Position numbers and translations under genes: made by a program
Assembly (NCBI RefSeq): GCF_964204645.1
Contig: NC_134028.1
Location: forward strand, 24,858,345-24,922,344
DNA length: 64,000 nucleotides
Origin: Tubulanus polymorphus
Taxonomy: Eukaryota; Animalia; Nemertea
Direction of reading: 5' to 3'
The notes under the pieces: generated by a model
Database searches by the model: none
Seen by the model: only the letters and a program-made list of their open reading frames with translations
Told to the model about the DNA's origin: nothing
Shown: positions 25,554 through 40,100 of the stretch, in pieces
How the letters are laid out: each line of letters begins with the position of its first letter
Position numbering within the stretch: the first letter of the stretch is position 1

Positions 25554-25840
25554 CATCCTCCCTCGGCAGGGATTCGGACCTGATGGCATGCTCGCTTGCC
25601 AGGGGTCCGGTATCACTCCCGAACTCGCTTCCACCAGCAGGGGAACAGCTTTAGCGTAGTGGGTTCGAATCCTTTGACGGGTGAAGATGACCTGATGGCA
25701 TCGCTTCACTCAGCCACGGCACGAACCGTGGCAATCTCGATGCCATTAGGTTCGAATCCCTGCCGGAGGAGGATGAGGTCGTACGCATCACGTCACAGCG
25801 CGTCATGTTGGCCGCAAAGCGATAGGCGGCTCCTCTAGTC
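25554..25840. repeat. GC-rich structured repeat with tRNA B-box motifs (tRNA-derived SINE/MITE-like)
   Basis: GGTTCGAATCC at 25662 and 25749; inverted arms 25554-25589 / 25740-25775; inner hairpin 25691-25750. Confidence 0.5.
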
Positions 25841-28150
25841 AAATCTAACGCACCTTTATCACATGCTGAGCAAAGCCGGCATGAAGTTTGATGACGTGAT
25901 TTATGTTAATGTCCCTGTAATTGGTGGAGCATGGTGAATCTGTATCGTTGTCCTTGATTGGTCCGAAAATTCGAACGTTTTGTCAAACGTATTTTGCATA
26001 CGCGCAGAAACCAACAGAATGAGAATCCGCCAATGACATACTCGACATAAAGTTCGTGACCATCACGATCCTTAAGATTTTTTTTTCATACAAAATGTTT
26101 TGCACCATTCTTTGAGTTGTTAGGTTACGTTAAACCTTCAAATAAAAACTGCAAGTAATTTCTATTACGCATTAACGTTTACCCAACATATATTCATATC
26201 AAACATATACTGACATTTATTGGAACAAAGGCTTTTTCTATTTATCCGATTACATTTTTTTTGGTCCCACCGTTTGAATTATCGAATACGATTATCATAA
26301 TGCATCGACGATGATTTACATTTGACAGAACAAAATATTATGCGCATATAGAACACAATATGTGTGCGTGGTTTAGGCCTACGTATGACACATTGGTCGT
26401 ATAGAAAAAAATATGATATATATATATAGAATATCGGAGAGACTGGATTGACAACTGTTTTAATTTACGTGGTCTAATTCGATTTATTCGTCATTCGTAT
26501 GGCGCGTCGCTCAGTCGGGCAGCCATACAGCTATCAGTCGGTTGCTCGTTCGTTCGCATTTGTCGCCGTACCGACCTGTTTTTTTATAATGCTTTTTATT
26601 TAAAGCCATTCCGCGTTTTATATACCTGGGCAAACACTATACAGTACAACAATATATATATATATATATAAAGCAGGTCTGAAGCACTTTTTCTATATAT
26701 ATACATTTTTTCGTGTTAAAAACCCGACCTCGACGTGAACCAATTCACGGCCAGGTTTTATGAGACAACTAGTGTGTGCGGATTTAAAGCACGAAACATT
26801 CGAATTCTGTGGAGCTCTTTTCATTCACAAATACGTAAGTATGTATAACATCAATGCATTTATTTGAATCCGTTTCGATGAAATTGCACAACCAAAAAGT
26901 GAGCACAGCTGTTCGAACGATTTTTCACAGCAATTAATTTTTGTCACCGACCACAGGTTTTTTTATGATTAGTTCTTTCTATTAGAATTTAGGTATTGAA
27001 AACGCATGCTTTCACCTCTCGCAATACATAAACATAGGCAGGACATACATACCGCCTTGATACATATCTTTCCATCGGCAAATAAAAGGAGACTATGATT
27101 AATTAATTTCTTTCACTCATTTTTCATAGATGCCTAGACATCGAGCATCGTTGCGTATGATATTACGAAAAATGTGGAGCATGTATTTCAATAAGTACAG
27201 TTTTTAAACAATTCAGATATAGTCGGTAGGTGTTGCAACTTTTCAATAGCGCACTTGATCTATATTCAACTCGTCACCGAATGCTAATATGGAACAACTC
27301 AGCGCGAACTAAAAAGCAGTGCAATTACATATGAATATACATTTTAATGTTTTCATGTATTCACCCAGCCTTATATTAGGGGAACTTCGTGCAAAAGTCA
27401 TATCCTTTCCAATCCAGGGGGCAGATACAGGATTCCTGAAAAGGCTGTGGTTCACTCAGGACCACGTTAAAAAGGGGGCAAGACTAGGATCTAAGAATCG
27501 ATGTCCTTTTGATAATTTATAACAATACGGCTACTTTAGTGAAATAGAATAAAATAGGAGACATACTAAAGCGATTTCTATTTTCTCTACAAATCTCTCC
27601 TTTAAATTGTTTAAAATGACTGTAAAGTCTTTCTTGAATAACCGACCCGTACGGTTGGATTTCTTGTTTTCCTTCTGCGCACACCAGGTCTGCATAGATT
27701 GCTAATGTGTTATAAAGCTAGAATTTTCAATGTCTTTTCGTAAAAACATGTATACCATACAGTGCTCGTTTTAAAGATAGGAAACACATATAGGAATACA
27801 ATGTGCCCCTATGAGTGCCGCAGGTCCTTTTCTAAAGATTTGAATCACAGGAAAATGTGATATGTGTCACCGGAACTTACCGAGGCACTTTCTGAAAAGT
27901 GCACTTGGCTAAAAAAGGGTGGGTTCGAACCCACGGAACACACCCCTGTATCCGCCCCTGATAATAACATTTCATATTTAGCAGCTTGAGACTTTCCGCT
28001 TGAAAAATATGTTTGTTAAGAATTGGATACTCGCGCGGTATAATGATCAGTGTTTGACTTAAGACAAATCTAATTGTCAGCTTTGGTAAAAAATTCAAAA
28101 ACTATGGCGTTACTGGTTTTAATTATCTTTAAGGAAACCGCATCCGAAAC

Positions 28151-30406
28151 ATGGAAACGTTCACGGAAATATATGACGCCCTAATGGCAAAAGCAGGTAT
28201 GAATCTTTTTCTTGTTGGAGAATAATTCAGGCCCGCGGTTGCACAGTCAACCAAGATTTGTCTTCTACTTGACTGTTATTACTAGATTGGCAAGCACCAA
28301 AACGGCTGTGCAACTAACGTAACTTCAGGCACTGACGACAAAAGACTTACATTCATTCTAGCATGCAATTCTATTTTATCACGAATGTGTCTCTGGGGAA
28401 AGATACTTTATATCTTTTTGTTGGAGAACTGTCAAGGATTGATAGCTTAAATAAATGAAGAAAGAACACTTCGAATTTAAAATCATACGATCAAATTTAT
28501 TAATATGAAACCACAAAGTTTCGGCTGTTGACTAACAGCCATCATCAGGCGGAATGGAATTGATAGCTTAATTGGCCTTTACGTTCATATGCTAGAAAAC
28601 CGGTTCTATTGCCTGTGAATGCATATGTGTGCATGTATTTTAGGATCTATGTTCAAAGCGAATTGAACAATTGTTTTTGGTCACGTCTATCTAGTGATTT
28701 ACAGAAAAAATAGTTTCTTCATTTGAATTTAATTCATCACAAGACCAGAGAAATCCCACAATAATTCAGCCAAAGATGTAAAGAACTTTACATCTTTCGC
28801 TGATTTATTGTGGGATTTCTCACAATTATTCCGAAATATATTATGAACACATATTTTCAGATCCGCGAGTTGAGAATTGGTTTTTGATGAAAAGTCCAGT
28901 TCCAACTCTTCTTATCGTTGCCGCGTACTTACTGATCTGTATCTGCGGACCGATGCTCATGAAAAATAGGAAACCATTCAACCTAAAATTCCTTATAATT
29001 CCATACAACTTCGCTTTAGTGGGTTTATCAGCTTATATGTTCTATGAAGTAAGTCAATTGCAGAATAATCTGCTGCCACATCTGGGCTAATGTTCCGTAA
29101 TACGTGTTGCATGCACCAACTGTTGCAAACGAGAAATGACAGCCTTTCTAAAGTTTTCGACGTGATATTTCAGCTTTTAATGTCAGCAATTTTAGCCAAC
29201 TATAGTTTAAAATGTCAACCCGTCGACTATTCAAATAATCCGCTATCCTTGCGGGTAAGTGTAAAACAATAATCTTTTCTAAATGTCTTCAACTTCTAAA
29301 CGAAATTTCACTTATCGTGCATATTGTTTCTTCCATTTCGCAGATGGCCAGAGTTAACTGGTTGTTTTTCTTCTCGAAGTTTATAGAGTTTTTTGATTCA
29401 GTAAGTAATATATACGACACTCTGTGGAAAAGCTACCGAACCAAAGATAACCCCTGTGGACACTTTTATTAATATCACGTATAACCATCTGTGCTTATAG
29501 AGAAGAGAAGGGATAATATAATTTCCTTTTTGTAAATCCGAGTTTCATTGAATTGCTACGTTTTCTTTGTTACAGTTTTTCATCATATTGAGGGGAAAAA
29601 CAAATCAACTGTCATTTCTTCATGTTTATCATCACTCAACGATGGTCATCATCTGGTGGTCAGGTGTTAAGTACGTCGCCGGTGGGCAATGTGAGTTACT
29701 ACTTGTCGTTTACCGGTAATCTAGTTAATATATTTATGTCTATGATCTCACTGAGATGAAATTTGACCACGCTGTAAGGAGACAGCTGAAATATAGTGGT
29801 CTCGGAAAACTTTCAATTTTCAAAAATCTCTCATTGAGAAGATGATTCCGTTCAATCAAAATTGAATAGTATTTTATTTTGTATATTTGCAGCATTTTTC
29901 ATCCCTTTGTTGAACAGTTTTGTGCATACGATGATGTATGTTTATTACGGGTTGGCGGCGATCGGGCCTCACATGCAAAAATACCTCTGGTGGAAAAGAT
30001 ACATGACTCGCATTCAGTTGGTAAGTTGAATCTTGATTCTTTTTAGTAATCGAGATTGGATGATTGAGTATCTTTGCTATGGGCATAATCCCATAATCTA
30101 CACGTTCTGCGAGCCTGGTGGAATGTTTCCCGCCTCTGAAATCTTAATTAACAACAATTGTTATTTGGGGTTGATAACGTTGCTCCGGCGCCTGTTTGTC
30201 AACATGTTTTCCCGTTTTTTTTACAGACTCAGTTCGTGATGGTCCTCGTTCATTCAGGGTACAATATGTTCATGACGAATTGTAATTTTCATCAGGGATT
30301 TAATGTGGCAGCCATGTCGTATAGTTTATCGTTGACTTTGTTGTTCACGAATTTCTACGTGCGCGAATACATCCACATTCAGAAGCAGAAACAACATAAG
30401 AACTGA
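28151..30406 (+). CDS. Very-long-chain fatty acid elongase, ELOVL4/ELOVL8-like, copy B (7 coding exons)
   Basis: [30 protein letters not shown]..., [52 protein letters not shown]; same intron positions as copy A. Confidence 0.93.
28451..28558 (-). mobile_element. Penelope-like insertion with hammerhead core (28511-28552) and 13-bp TSD
   Basis: ATTGATAGCTTAA at 28438-28450 and 28559-28571. Minus strand CCGC-CTGATGA-T-GGCTGTT-AGTC-AACAGCC-GAAACTTT-GTGG. Highly similar to the left arm of 56537-56820. Confidence 0.8.
28748..28821. repeat. Short near-perfect palindrome with AATCCCAC/GTGGGATT ends (Penelope-like end relic)
   Basis: GAGAAATCCCACAATAATTCAGCCAAAGATGTAAAG-AA-CTTTACATCTTTCGCTGATTTATTGTGGGATTTCTC. 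Confidence 0.6.
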
Positions 30407-30723
30407 ATTATTAGTTGAATCAAGATCGGTGATCATTGTAATCGTAGTATGAAAAGCCCTGAAAATGTGACCCTGAATGATGAATTTGTTTGTAATTATC
30501 TAATGTATACGTGTCTATCGGCTATAGCCCTTATCAGGCTGTCAAGTGGCCCTTTGGGGAAAGTATGGATCAATTGTTCTACCTCTGGCATGGCTTAAAT
30601 CGTGATTTCAGATGACTGGACAGGGTATCAACTACAGGGAATTTACTCGCAAATACTTTTGCTCAGGGAACGCTGCGACATCCTCGGTTTTCATTTCTTG
30701 GTACTTTCACCCAAGGCATGTTA

Positions 30724-30886
30724 GACTAAAATATTGATACCTTGTGTCTCATTTCTGCTGAGCTAAGTTCAGCCTTACCCGAAAATAGTTCATACAATTA
30801 CAGAAATGAACTAATTATAAATTTCATCGCAGTTTACAAGATGACCCGACCAATTAGCAGAAATAAGGTATCATTTAATTTTAGCC
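30724..30886. mobile_element. MITE, same family as 5129-5338
   Basis: GACTAAAATATTGATACCTTG...AAGGTATCATTTAATTTTAGCC flanked by TTA/TAA. Confidence 0.65.
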
Positions 30887-31161
30887 TAATATTTTCCGTT
30901 TCACATTTTCAATATTTCGGTGGTTAATATCGACGATTCCTTCCAAATTCGTAACAGCTTCCTCTCCTCGAAAACCAGTCATTCCTCTAATGGTATTGTA
31001 TTGAATCTGCATATGTTATAACCGTTTATAATCCGAAATCAAACAATAAATAGAAGAATCAATTAATTTATTTATTTCTGTTGTTCGTAGTTTATTCCAT
31101 GTTTCATTATTTCTTAACACATCAATCGATTTTTTTTCATAACAAAACAATTTATAAAAAT

Positions 31162-34100
31162 TTACCATTCTTCTTCGTACTCGTCAAACTGACCATACAT
31201 CGCGTTTTGGCGGTATCTTTCAGATCCTCCCATCGTTTGTCTAAACCTGCCCGTTTCACCGGCCGTGCGTTCATTTTGGAAACCTCCATCATTATTGAAA
31301 GATTCGTCAAACCCTCCCCAAGAGGCTTTATTACCCAACCTGCCTGTGCTTTGATGAAACCCTTTCGTTCCGCCCTGACTTCCAAAATCTTTTGCCCCGC
31401 CTTTGGAACCTTGATTCCAAAACCCACTGGCCCCACCTTGAGATGCCTGATTTCCAAACCCCTTTGCCCCACTTTTAGAACTTTGATTCCAATAGCCCCC
31501 AGCCCCTCCTTGTGACCCCCGACTACCATACCCTTTGTCCCCACCTCGGGATGCCCCATTACTATACCCTCCAGTCCTTTCAAAATTGCCGCCCCCAAAA
31601 TTGTCAAAATCAACGTCCCAACTTTCATCCATCGGTTCTTCCTGTCGTCGGTGTTGATGTTGTGCTCGAAGTTCATTCTTCATTTCTTTCATCGCTTTGG
31701 CCAAATACGTCGAAAATCGCGACATCATCTTCTCCTCGAGATTCCCCTCCTAGTAACGCAACAATGACAGCGATCAAAATCAATCAATCAATGGATACAG
31801 ATAAGATTAAAAGGATATTCGACTTACATCGACGTGTCCTCGTGGAGATGCGCCGCGGAAGTTACCCAAAGTATTCGCTTGAAAATCAGGTCGGCTATTA
31901 TAAAAGAAGATAACTTTTCCGTAAAAATCCAAATCGGACTTCATGTTTCTCGTTGCGGAAATCTCGATTGTCACAACAGACGAGAAAAAATATATTCACC
32001 TTAAACCACGATTCGCCGAGTTACGGTTGAAATCAAAATCATCCCCATCGGGTCGACGATAATCGTCTCGGTAATCTGCTCCTCTGCCAAAACCTGGTTT
32101 ATCATCGAATCCAGCGTAATCGCCGTGGCCACCGCGGTTGAACCGGTTGCCGCCGCCGCTGCCTCCTCTAACGCCGCCGCGACCTCGGCCGGTATGCCAG
32201 CCATCGTTTCGTCCGGGGAATCTTAGATGATCGTCGTCGATAAACTGTGTGTTATTGAATCTATTACCGGCTCCTCCTCGAGGTGGACCACCTCCTCCTC
32301 GAGGTGGACCACCACCTCCTCGAGGTGGACCAGCGCGGAAACGTCCGCGTCCGCCTTCATCAAATCCTACAATAGATTTCACAATTAAATCTCACAGGGG
32401 GCGCCTCTTTTATTTGACTTGCTACTTGATCTGCTAAGAATCCAATCAATTAACACAGTCAAATACATAAAAGACAGACGCAAACTGTTTTTGATTTTAC
32501 ACGTGACCTCAATCTCAACATATTTCCCTCAATTTCAATCAATTTACAGAGCCAATCATCTAAGACATAGGCTGAAACTATTTAATTTGGTTAAGTCAGT
32601 TAGTTTAATTTTTCGAAATCAATCTTCATTATTGTGAGTCTTAGATATAAGGTAGCTGTTGGATCTGTGTAGGAACTTTTTAAAAGGAACAAAAGTATTC
32701 ATACATACCAGGTCCAGGCTGTTCGTCATCAAATCTGCAAGAGAATAGATGTACACAATACATAATAATTTGTTAAAATTCTCTCTACGTCTAACTTACT
32801 CGGTACATGTCAACTGGTGATGAATTTTACCAACATCAATCTATGAAAGACCTTCTATTCCCCTGATTCTTAAATATTAACAGCAGATTTCCCTGATTCT
32901 CAACTCAGTGAAATATTTACAGCAGTCTCAACGCTACAGAGTTCCCTGATTCTCAACTCAGTGAAATATTTACAGCAGTCCCAACGCTACAGAGTTCCCT
33001 GATTCTCAACTCAGTGAAATATTTACAGCAGTCCCAACGCTACAGAGTTCCCTGATTCTCAACTCAGTGAAATATTTACAGCAGTCTCAACCCTATCGAG
33101 TTCCCTGATTCTCAACTCGGTGAAATATTTACACCAGTCCCAACCCTATCGAGGTCCCTGATTTTCAACTCGGTGAAATATTTACACCAGTCCCAACCCA
33201 GTCGAATTCCCTGATTCTCAACCATTTAGTCGCAATGTTACCCGGTTAGGCAACATACAGATTTAAACAAACCAGTTTAATGGACCGGTGCACACTTACC
33301 CGAAGCGCCTTTTCTTGTTCTCCGGAACTCGGTTCAAACGAAATCCCGAATTGCCGCGTTTTCTGCCTCCTTTATCCCATTCATCTGTGTAATCAAAACG
33401 GAGTAATGAATTGAGTAACCGTAACTACCGTGTTATATGTCCAAAAACTGAAAACCATTTTCTAGTCAGTGAAGTGTACCGGTCGTACCTCGGTGTTTTT
33501 TCACCACTTTCACTTTAGGTCGCGGATTCGGGTCCAAAAATCGCTCGCAAATCTCGTGCAAACGTTTGTTGTACGACTGTTGTCGTTGGTGACGTTCTTT
33601 GTCGTTCATTTCCGACCACTTTTTCACGTATTCGCTCTTATTGTGCTCCTCGAGCATTCGAAACTCCCCGACGTAATTGTTTCTCTACGGAAAGAATTAA
33701 GACGACGATGAAAGTTTGTAACGAGAAGATGCGAAAGGTTAGGATTATTGCTCGGTTTTTTCTTACCAGGAATGTTCTCATGTGTTTGTTTGATGACATA
33801 TGCGCGACGACCTCGTGGTATTTGAAGTCTTCACCCATGTGTTCCTTACATACTGAACACCGGTATTCAATATCACCGTTACTGAACTGCTTCTCAACCA
33901 GAAATTGAACTCCTTAAATGATGATATCGACGACGGATATAATATTTACAAATATCTATATTTTCTAATCTTGTATTTCTATGATCTTGTCTTCTAAAAA
34001 CTTCATGGAGATTTTAAGTTTATCTAAAGGGAGATTTTAGGAGCTCATACGGTAGGAGGGGAATTAAGGATTTTCTCGGGAGGATTTTAGAAATTTTTAG

Positions 34101-37100
34101 GGGAGCATCTTAGGGGTTTTTAAGGGGGTATTTTAAAAGTTAGTAAGAGTGTATTTGGGAGCAATTTCTATGGGGGATTTTCAGACTTTCTACGATAGGT
34201 TTCAAGTGTTTCAACGGAAATTTCAGGAATCTTGAAGAAGGGATTTCAGGTGTTTTTAAGGGGAAATATGACACATTTAATAGGGGGAATATTTTGAGGT
34301 ATTAATTAAGAGAATTTACCAACGACTTTAGTTTCATCTTTGTCGAGGAAGTCTTGGATTTTCGCCCTTTCGTCGACTTCACCTGTCGTTCAAGAGCAGA
34401 ATTAATAATAGACAATTGGAAAAAACAACTAAATACTCAGTGAAAACTAAAGAAAACAGAATAGATTTGACGAACCATTCAACTTCTGACGACGATCTTC
34501 CACTGAAAATAGATTACATAAAAACAGATTAGTTTTTACTTTCAAATAGTGAATACCTGAAACATCTCCCATCATGATCCCTAGTTTTTTATAACCAACC
34601 AAAGATTCAATGAGCGCCTCTAGTAAACATTTCCCCTGGAACCCGAAAGCTTTACCACAAACTTTGGAACTGATTCCTTGGTAACACCGAGAGTTTGAGG
34701 CGAATACTAGTTTTACTGTTAGAAGTTGACTAGGTTTATAAAACTTAGTTGAATAAATACCTCCTCTCAAAATCATCGAAACTGTAGGACGTTCGGTAGT
34801 TGAATCGATATGATTTTTACAATATTGTTTCACCAACTCATCCGCGTCGTCTTGTTTACCGTTCTCTATCAAAGTCCACATCTCGTAGTATTTGTCTTTC
34901 GAACCGCGTCTCTGCGAGGATAATCATTTAACAACATTTACAAAAAATGTATGCAAAAATGCAGTAAACCCTGCCCTATTCGGTGTAGGGAGTGCTGTTA
35001 GCAATTCACCGAGTTCAGAATCAGAACATAGTAGCGTTAGAACTTCTGTCTGTAAATATTTCACTGGGTTGAGAATCAGGGAGCTCGGTAACGTTGGGAC
35101 TGTTATAAATATTTCACCGAGTTGAGAATCAGGGAAACAGGTTCTCGCAAATGAATGTGAGTAAAATTGAGTGTTTTGACGGAGTCGACTGGTACCATTG
35201 AGGCGAAGTCTAGTCAGTATAGCGATATATGTACTTACCATGTAATGCTTCATGTGTGGAAAAGCTGAGAAGTGATCGATAGCTTTCTGAAAGTCGCTCG
35301 GTAAATCGAGATTACAAGTCGAACAATAATGCGATATTTTCCCTGTGCCGAAATGGCGCTCGACCAAAAATTTCAATCCTGAAACAAAGTCGAACGCATG
35401 CGTGACATGACATAAAATAACAAGAACCTGATAGCCTGACTTCAGAGTTTAAAATGGCCTCCAATCTTAAGACTGTTCTTAACACATTTGCTATGAGATA
35501 TCTCATTTTTTTCTGGTTCTGCAAAAACTGTCACTTAAAGGCTGATGATCATTCTAGTTCATTGTTAATCATATGAGAGACTTACCAACTGATGCTGATC
35601 GATCCGCGTCGACCGCGTCCTGAATCATGGCCCTCTCTATCAAAACAACAACTGATTAGAAACATTTTCGCACAGTTTTCAAAAGTGAACAATTGATGAA
35701 ACATTCTGTCAGTTTGTAATATAGATACATATACCGGTAATATAAAACCGCACACTTTAAAGAGAGTTCCAAAAGCATTCTATGTGGAATTCTATATTAT
35801 CTACGTATATAAGATTATTGTTGAAAGGGATGAACACGAAGGTTTTCATTGTATAACGTACCTGGCAACTTGTAATCAGCGTTTACAGTTTCTGTTGCCT
35901 GAAACAAAAATCTCAATTTTCATAATTGATACAATAGACTCGTACGCTTCCAGATCCAGAGCCTATTGTAAATTATCTTAGAGGTCAGGTAACCCTACAG
36001 GTCCCCACAGATCAGTAATTCCTGGATATAAGGAGTTTTAAGCCAGGTCCCTACAGATCGGTCATTCCTGGATATAAGGGGTCCCTACAGATCAGTCATT
36101 CCTGGTTATACAGGATCCCTACAGATCAGTCATTCCTGGATACACAGGGTCCCTACAGATCGGTCATTCCTGGATATAAGGAGTTTTAAGCCAGGTCCCT
36201 ACAGATCGGTCATTCCTGGATATAAGGGGTCCCTACAGATCAGCAATTCCTGGATATAAGGAATTTTCAAGGGGAAAATTTCAAATTTCAAATTTGTATC
36301 ATTGTAGCCATAGTTTTCTGCTACAAATATTTCTAGTTGCCTATTTCTCAAAATTGAAGTTTTAAAGGAGTTTCAAGCACCTCTAAAAGTATTTTCTAGT
36401 TTGAAAGAGTTTCTAAGGAATCAAGGAATTGTAGATACCCTGTAGCAGTTTGTGGGCAACGCTTACCTTTTTACCAAAATCGAAATGCTTTATGACTTTA
36501 AAAACGTCTTTGTAGTATTTCGCCGCGTTCATTTTAATATATTCAGCACACGCTTCATCGAGATTCATCGAATTCGGTCCGCCTCGGTTGTGCTCGAGAA
36601 ACTGCAAGACTTCCCCGAAACCGTTACGATCCGTCTGTCTCTGTTAGTGAGAAAAATGATAAAATTCTATTTAGAATCAAAACTGCCATAAAGCATTTTC
36701 AGCCCAACCGGGGATTCAAAATATACCCTGAACTCCAATGATTTTGTACAGCATTTTGTTAATTACTGAATTTTTTGTGGAGAATATAAATCATATCATA
36801 ACCTATCTATGTAGTAACGACCAATTGTCATGGCTTAAGTCTCAAATCTTTTCAAGTTTTTAGATAAGCTATAGAACTAAAATGGTCTAAGACTGATCTT
36901 CAATGAATCGCATGACTGCGCTACTGCCAACGTCCCACAACTGAAGGTATCCTTAATCAATGATATTATTCAAACTTACTAGGAAATTTTTCTTGTGACT
37001 ATTTGATTGTAAATGTTCGACCATTTCGAGCGTGGTAATACCGCGCATGTTCTTATCGCGGTTCGCTACAATTCCGCACACCCGACACACGTATAAAATG

Positions 37101-40100
37101 GCGAAAGTTTCGTAAGACGCGGCGTACGTCGTTTCCGATATCATGTGAATACCTGCAATAATAATAACAAACACCAACACATTCAGCACATCTTTTCAAC
37201 CAAAATACCAAGATTTTTCACATTTTTTCCCCAAATAATTTTTCCAGATTTTCACATCAAGGTACATACAGTAAGTAAGTGGTTACTGATCATAATCTGG
37301 AGAAATGAAAATAAAATCTTTAAATATTTCACACAATTTCATGATTTTATTTCCACAAATTTTTCAAACTTTTAAGCCGACCTTTTCAACAATTTCAATA
37401 TGGACTTGTCCCCCAAGATTCATTAGACTTTGAGAACTCATTTTATCTTCCTATTGACATAATCACAATTTAGGAATATTTGCAAATGGATAGGGATCAT
37501 TCATTTATGTATGCATGAAATTTGAACCCCCCCCTGTACGCAAAATCGGCTATTTTTTGATATACATTAAGCATTACAGTACGCAATTGCACCTTTCCCC
37601 CCTCCCATAATGCGTACGTAATAAATAAATGATCCCATATCTGTATAAATCATAAACTCACCCACAACTGGGTCGTCAGGCTTATTCAGTTTTTGTAGGT
37701 GCTCGGTAATGTGAGCACTTTTTACTTTGATCGGCTTGGCTGCAATAAAACATAAACGTAAATCAAAAACATATCACAATCGCCAAATGCATCAAACTCT
37801 GATATTCATCAATATTCAAGAATGATTTAGTTGTCGGTAAAGAAAGCAGGTTAAACAAGATTGTGCTCTTGCACTGAAGATAAGATTTCAAACGCCTCAT
37901 ACAAGTTTCAATCGCTTTATATTTTTTTAAATTTTTATATCGTGATTTACGTGTCAAAATTTTGCGGAACCATACAATAACATTTCCTATTTTATGACAA
38001 GCTATTTCTCTCAGAAACACCAGAATTCAACCTGGTAAAAAATCCTTTCAAGATGCCTCATTTTGCTGCCTGTATAATCCAGGAATCTGGTTGTGGATAG
38101 AGCAGCTATTTTCCTGATTTTCTACAAAGCAGTTTGAGATGCTACCAGTTTTTTTTTTTCATTTCATTTTCTCCTCCATTGCTGTATATGTGAAGGTAGG
38201 TATCAAGGGTGTTTTGAAGATTTCCGAGTAACAGCCCGAGTCATTCATTCATGCACAAGCATAAAGGGCAATAAAGCCACAAAGCGCGCGTGCTCAACGC
38301 CCAATTGCTGTTAATTCACAAGATATTCCAGTTTGATATGTATTTCATTTGCTGGCTAGAATGACTCTGAACGGCTGGCTAGAAACTCACCATCATTGTC
38401 AGTCAACAATTTATTCTATAAAGAGAAAACATTATTCAGGTTTTATTAATAATCAATGTGTCATCTCTACTACTGTAGACTTTCATTTGTATTCTTTCAA
38501 GACCCTGATTTAGGATGAGGAAACGTCCGAAAGATTGAGGGGTAAACCAGTGAATTCGAGTAACATATCGCACAAGATGATTACAGGGTTCTTACAGATC
38601 GGAATGTCCAAAATTCCCTGATATTTCTTATAGTTGACCGAAAAATCCCTGATTAAATCATAAAATATCCTAAGTGAGGCTGTTTCTTGCCATTCATCAC
38701 CAACAAGAACAAGATAGACACTAAAAATTCTCTGAGATTTCAAGAAACGAGTCAGAATTCCCGGTAGGGAAAAATAAATCCTTATTCCCTGATTATCCCT
38801 TGATGAGTAAGAACTCTGTAGTTATTCAATCCTGCATACCATTATATTAGTGGTAACTGGTATGATAGGTTAATGTAGAGATGGAAGGTCAGTAGCACAG
38901 TCATGGCACAAATTTGAGACCAGTCTAAGATCGTCTCAGTTCTATAGCCAACCTAATAACTTAAGACGATTCTTAAGATAATACCACATTTAGACCCAAG
39001 TCATGATTGTGCAATTGACCCTGTGAGTTCTTATTCAAAGTTGAAGGTTCATCCAGAAATCAGGCTATTTGCAAAATGATCTTCACCTCACAGTAAAACC
39101 TCGGGCTACGATCTCTGAAACCAAAGAAGTACGGTAATATCCAAGCTACTTCAGCCCCTCTGGCTATCCCTCTGGGTGGAGGGAGGCAAATATAAGGATA
39201 AGGAAGTGTCTTGCCTGTTGTTACTGGACGGGGTTTAAACTCATGACCTGACATCCCAGAGTCGTCATCAACAATGGGAGTTATCAAATCAATGAAACTC
39301 AGCAAAATTTTTGTCCGAAAATTTGCGAATATTTACCACCATGTGTAGAGGCCACTTGACATGTTCCTTCTTTCTGTTGTACGGGTATCTGTCGTCACAA
39401 ACCTTACAAAGCAGAGAAAACAAAACCGGTCAAAAAATCTTCTTAAAATTCTCCTTCGAAAATGACCAATTATGATACGCGTTTACAAGACATGGTTGGT
39501 TTTTTACATTTAGCAGGCAGAAATTTGGTAGACTTACCTCGCAGTACAGTGTTATCAGAGGAGCTCTAGTCTTTCCTGAAAATGGAAAATAATTAAAATT
39601 TAGATCAAAAAGCGTCCCAGTTGCCAGAATCCCTGTGAAGAGCTCAAGACTATCTCTACCTAGAACTCAAAATACACCAATGAAGTCCACACTTATATAG
39701 ATCTTATATAGTAAACCTTGCCTTACTCTGACATGACTAACTAAGAGTTTTGACCAACTCAGACAAAATACAAAATACTTTCCTAACGGATATTCCAACC
39801 CTTAACTGAGGACCAATTTTACTAGTCGCAGCTAGGCAAGGTCTACTTGTAAACCATAATACATGTAAAATATATACAACATAATAAATAATTGATGCAG
39901 ATTTGTTACGAACCTTTAGCTTCTTCCTTATACTTTTTATACTTCTCCAAATGAGCTTCAGTCTTGAAATGATCCATCATCGTCTAGAGAATAGAATTAT
40001 TTAAATCGGTTGATATTTTCATCGGGAATAATTTCTGATTTATTCCATGGGATTTCCAGGTGAGTGTCCACCTTGTAAGCAAGTACCTGAACGTCATCAA

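Noticed and set aside
25640-25775. tRNA genes suggested by GGTTCGAATCC
   Set aside because: No acceptor, D or anticodon arms could be built around either motif.
31081-31913. Overlapping ORFs in alternative frames and strands
   Set aside because: Shadows of the Gly-rich last exon of the SAP/zinc-finger gene.
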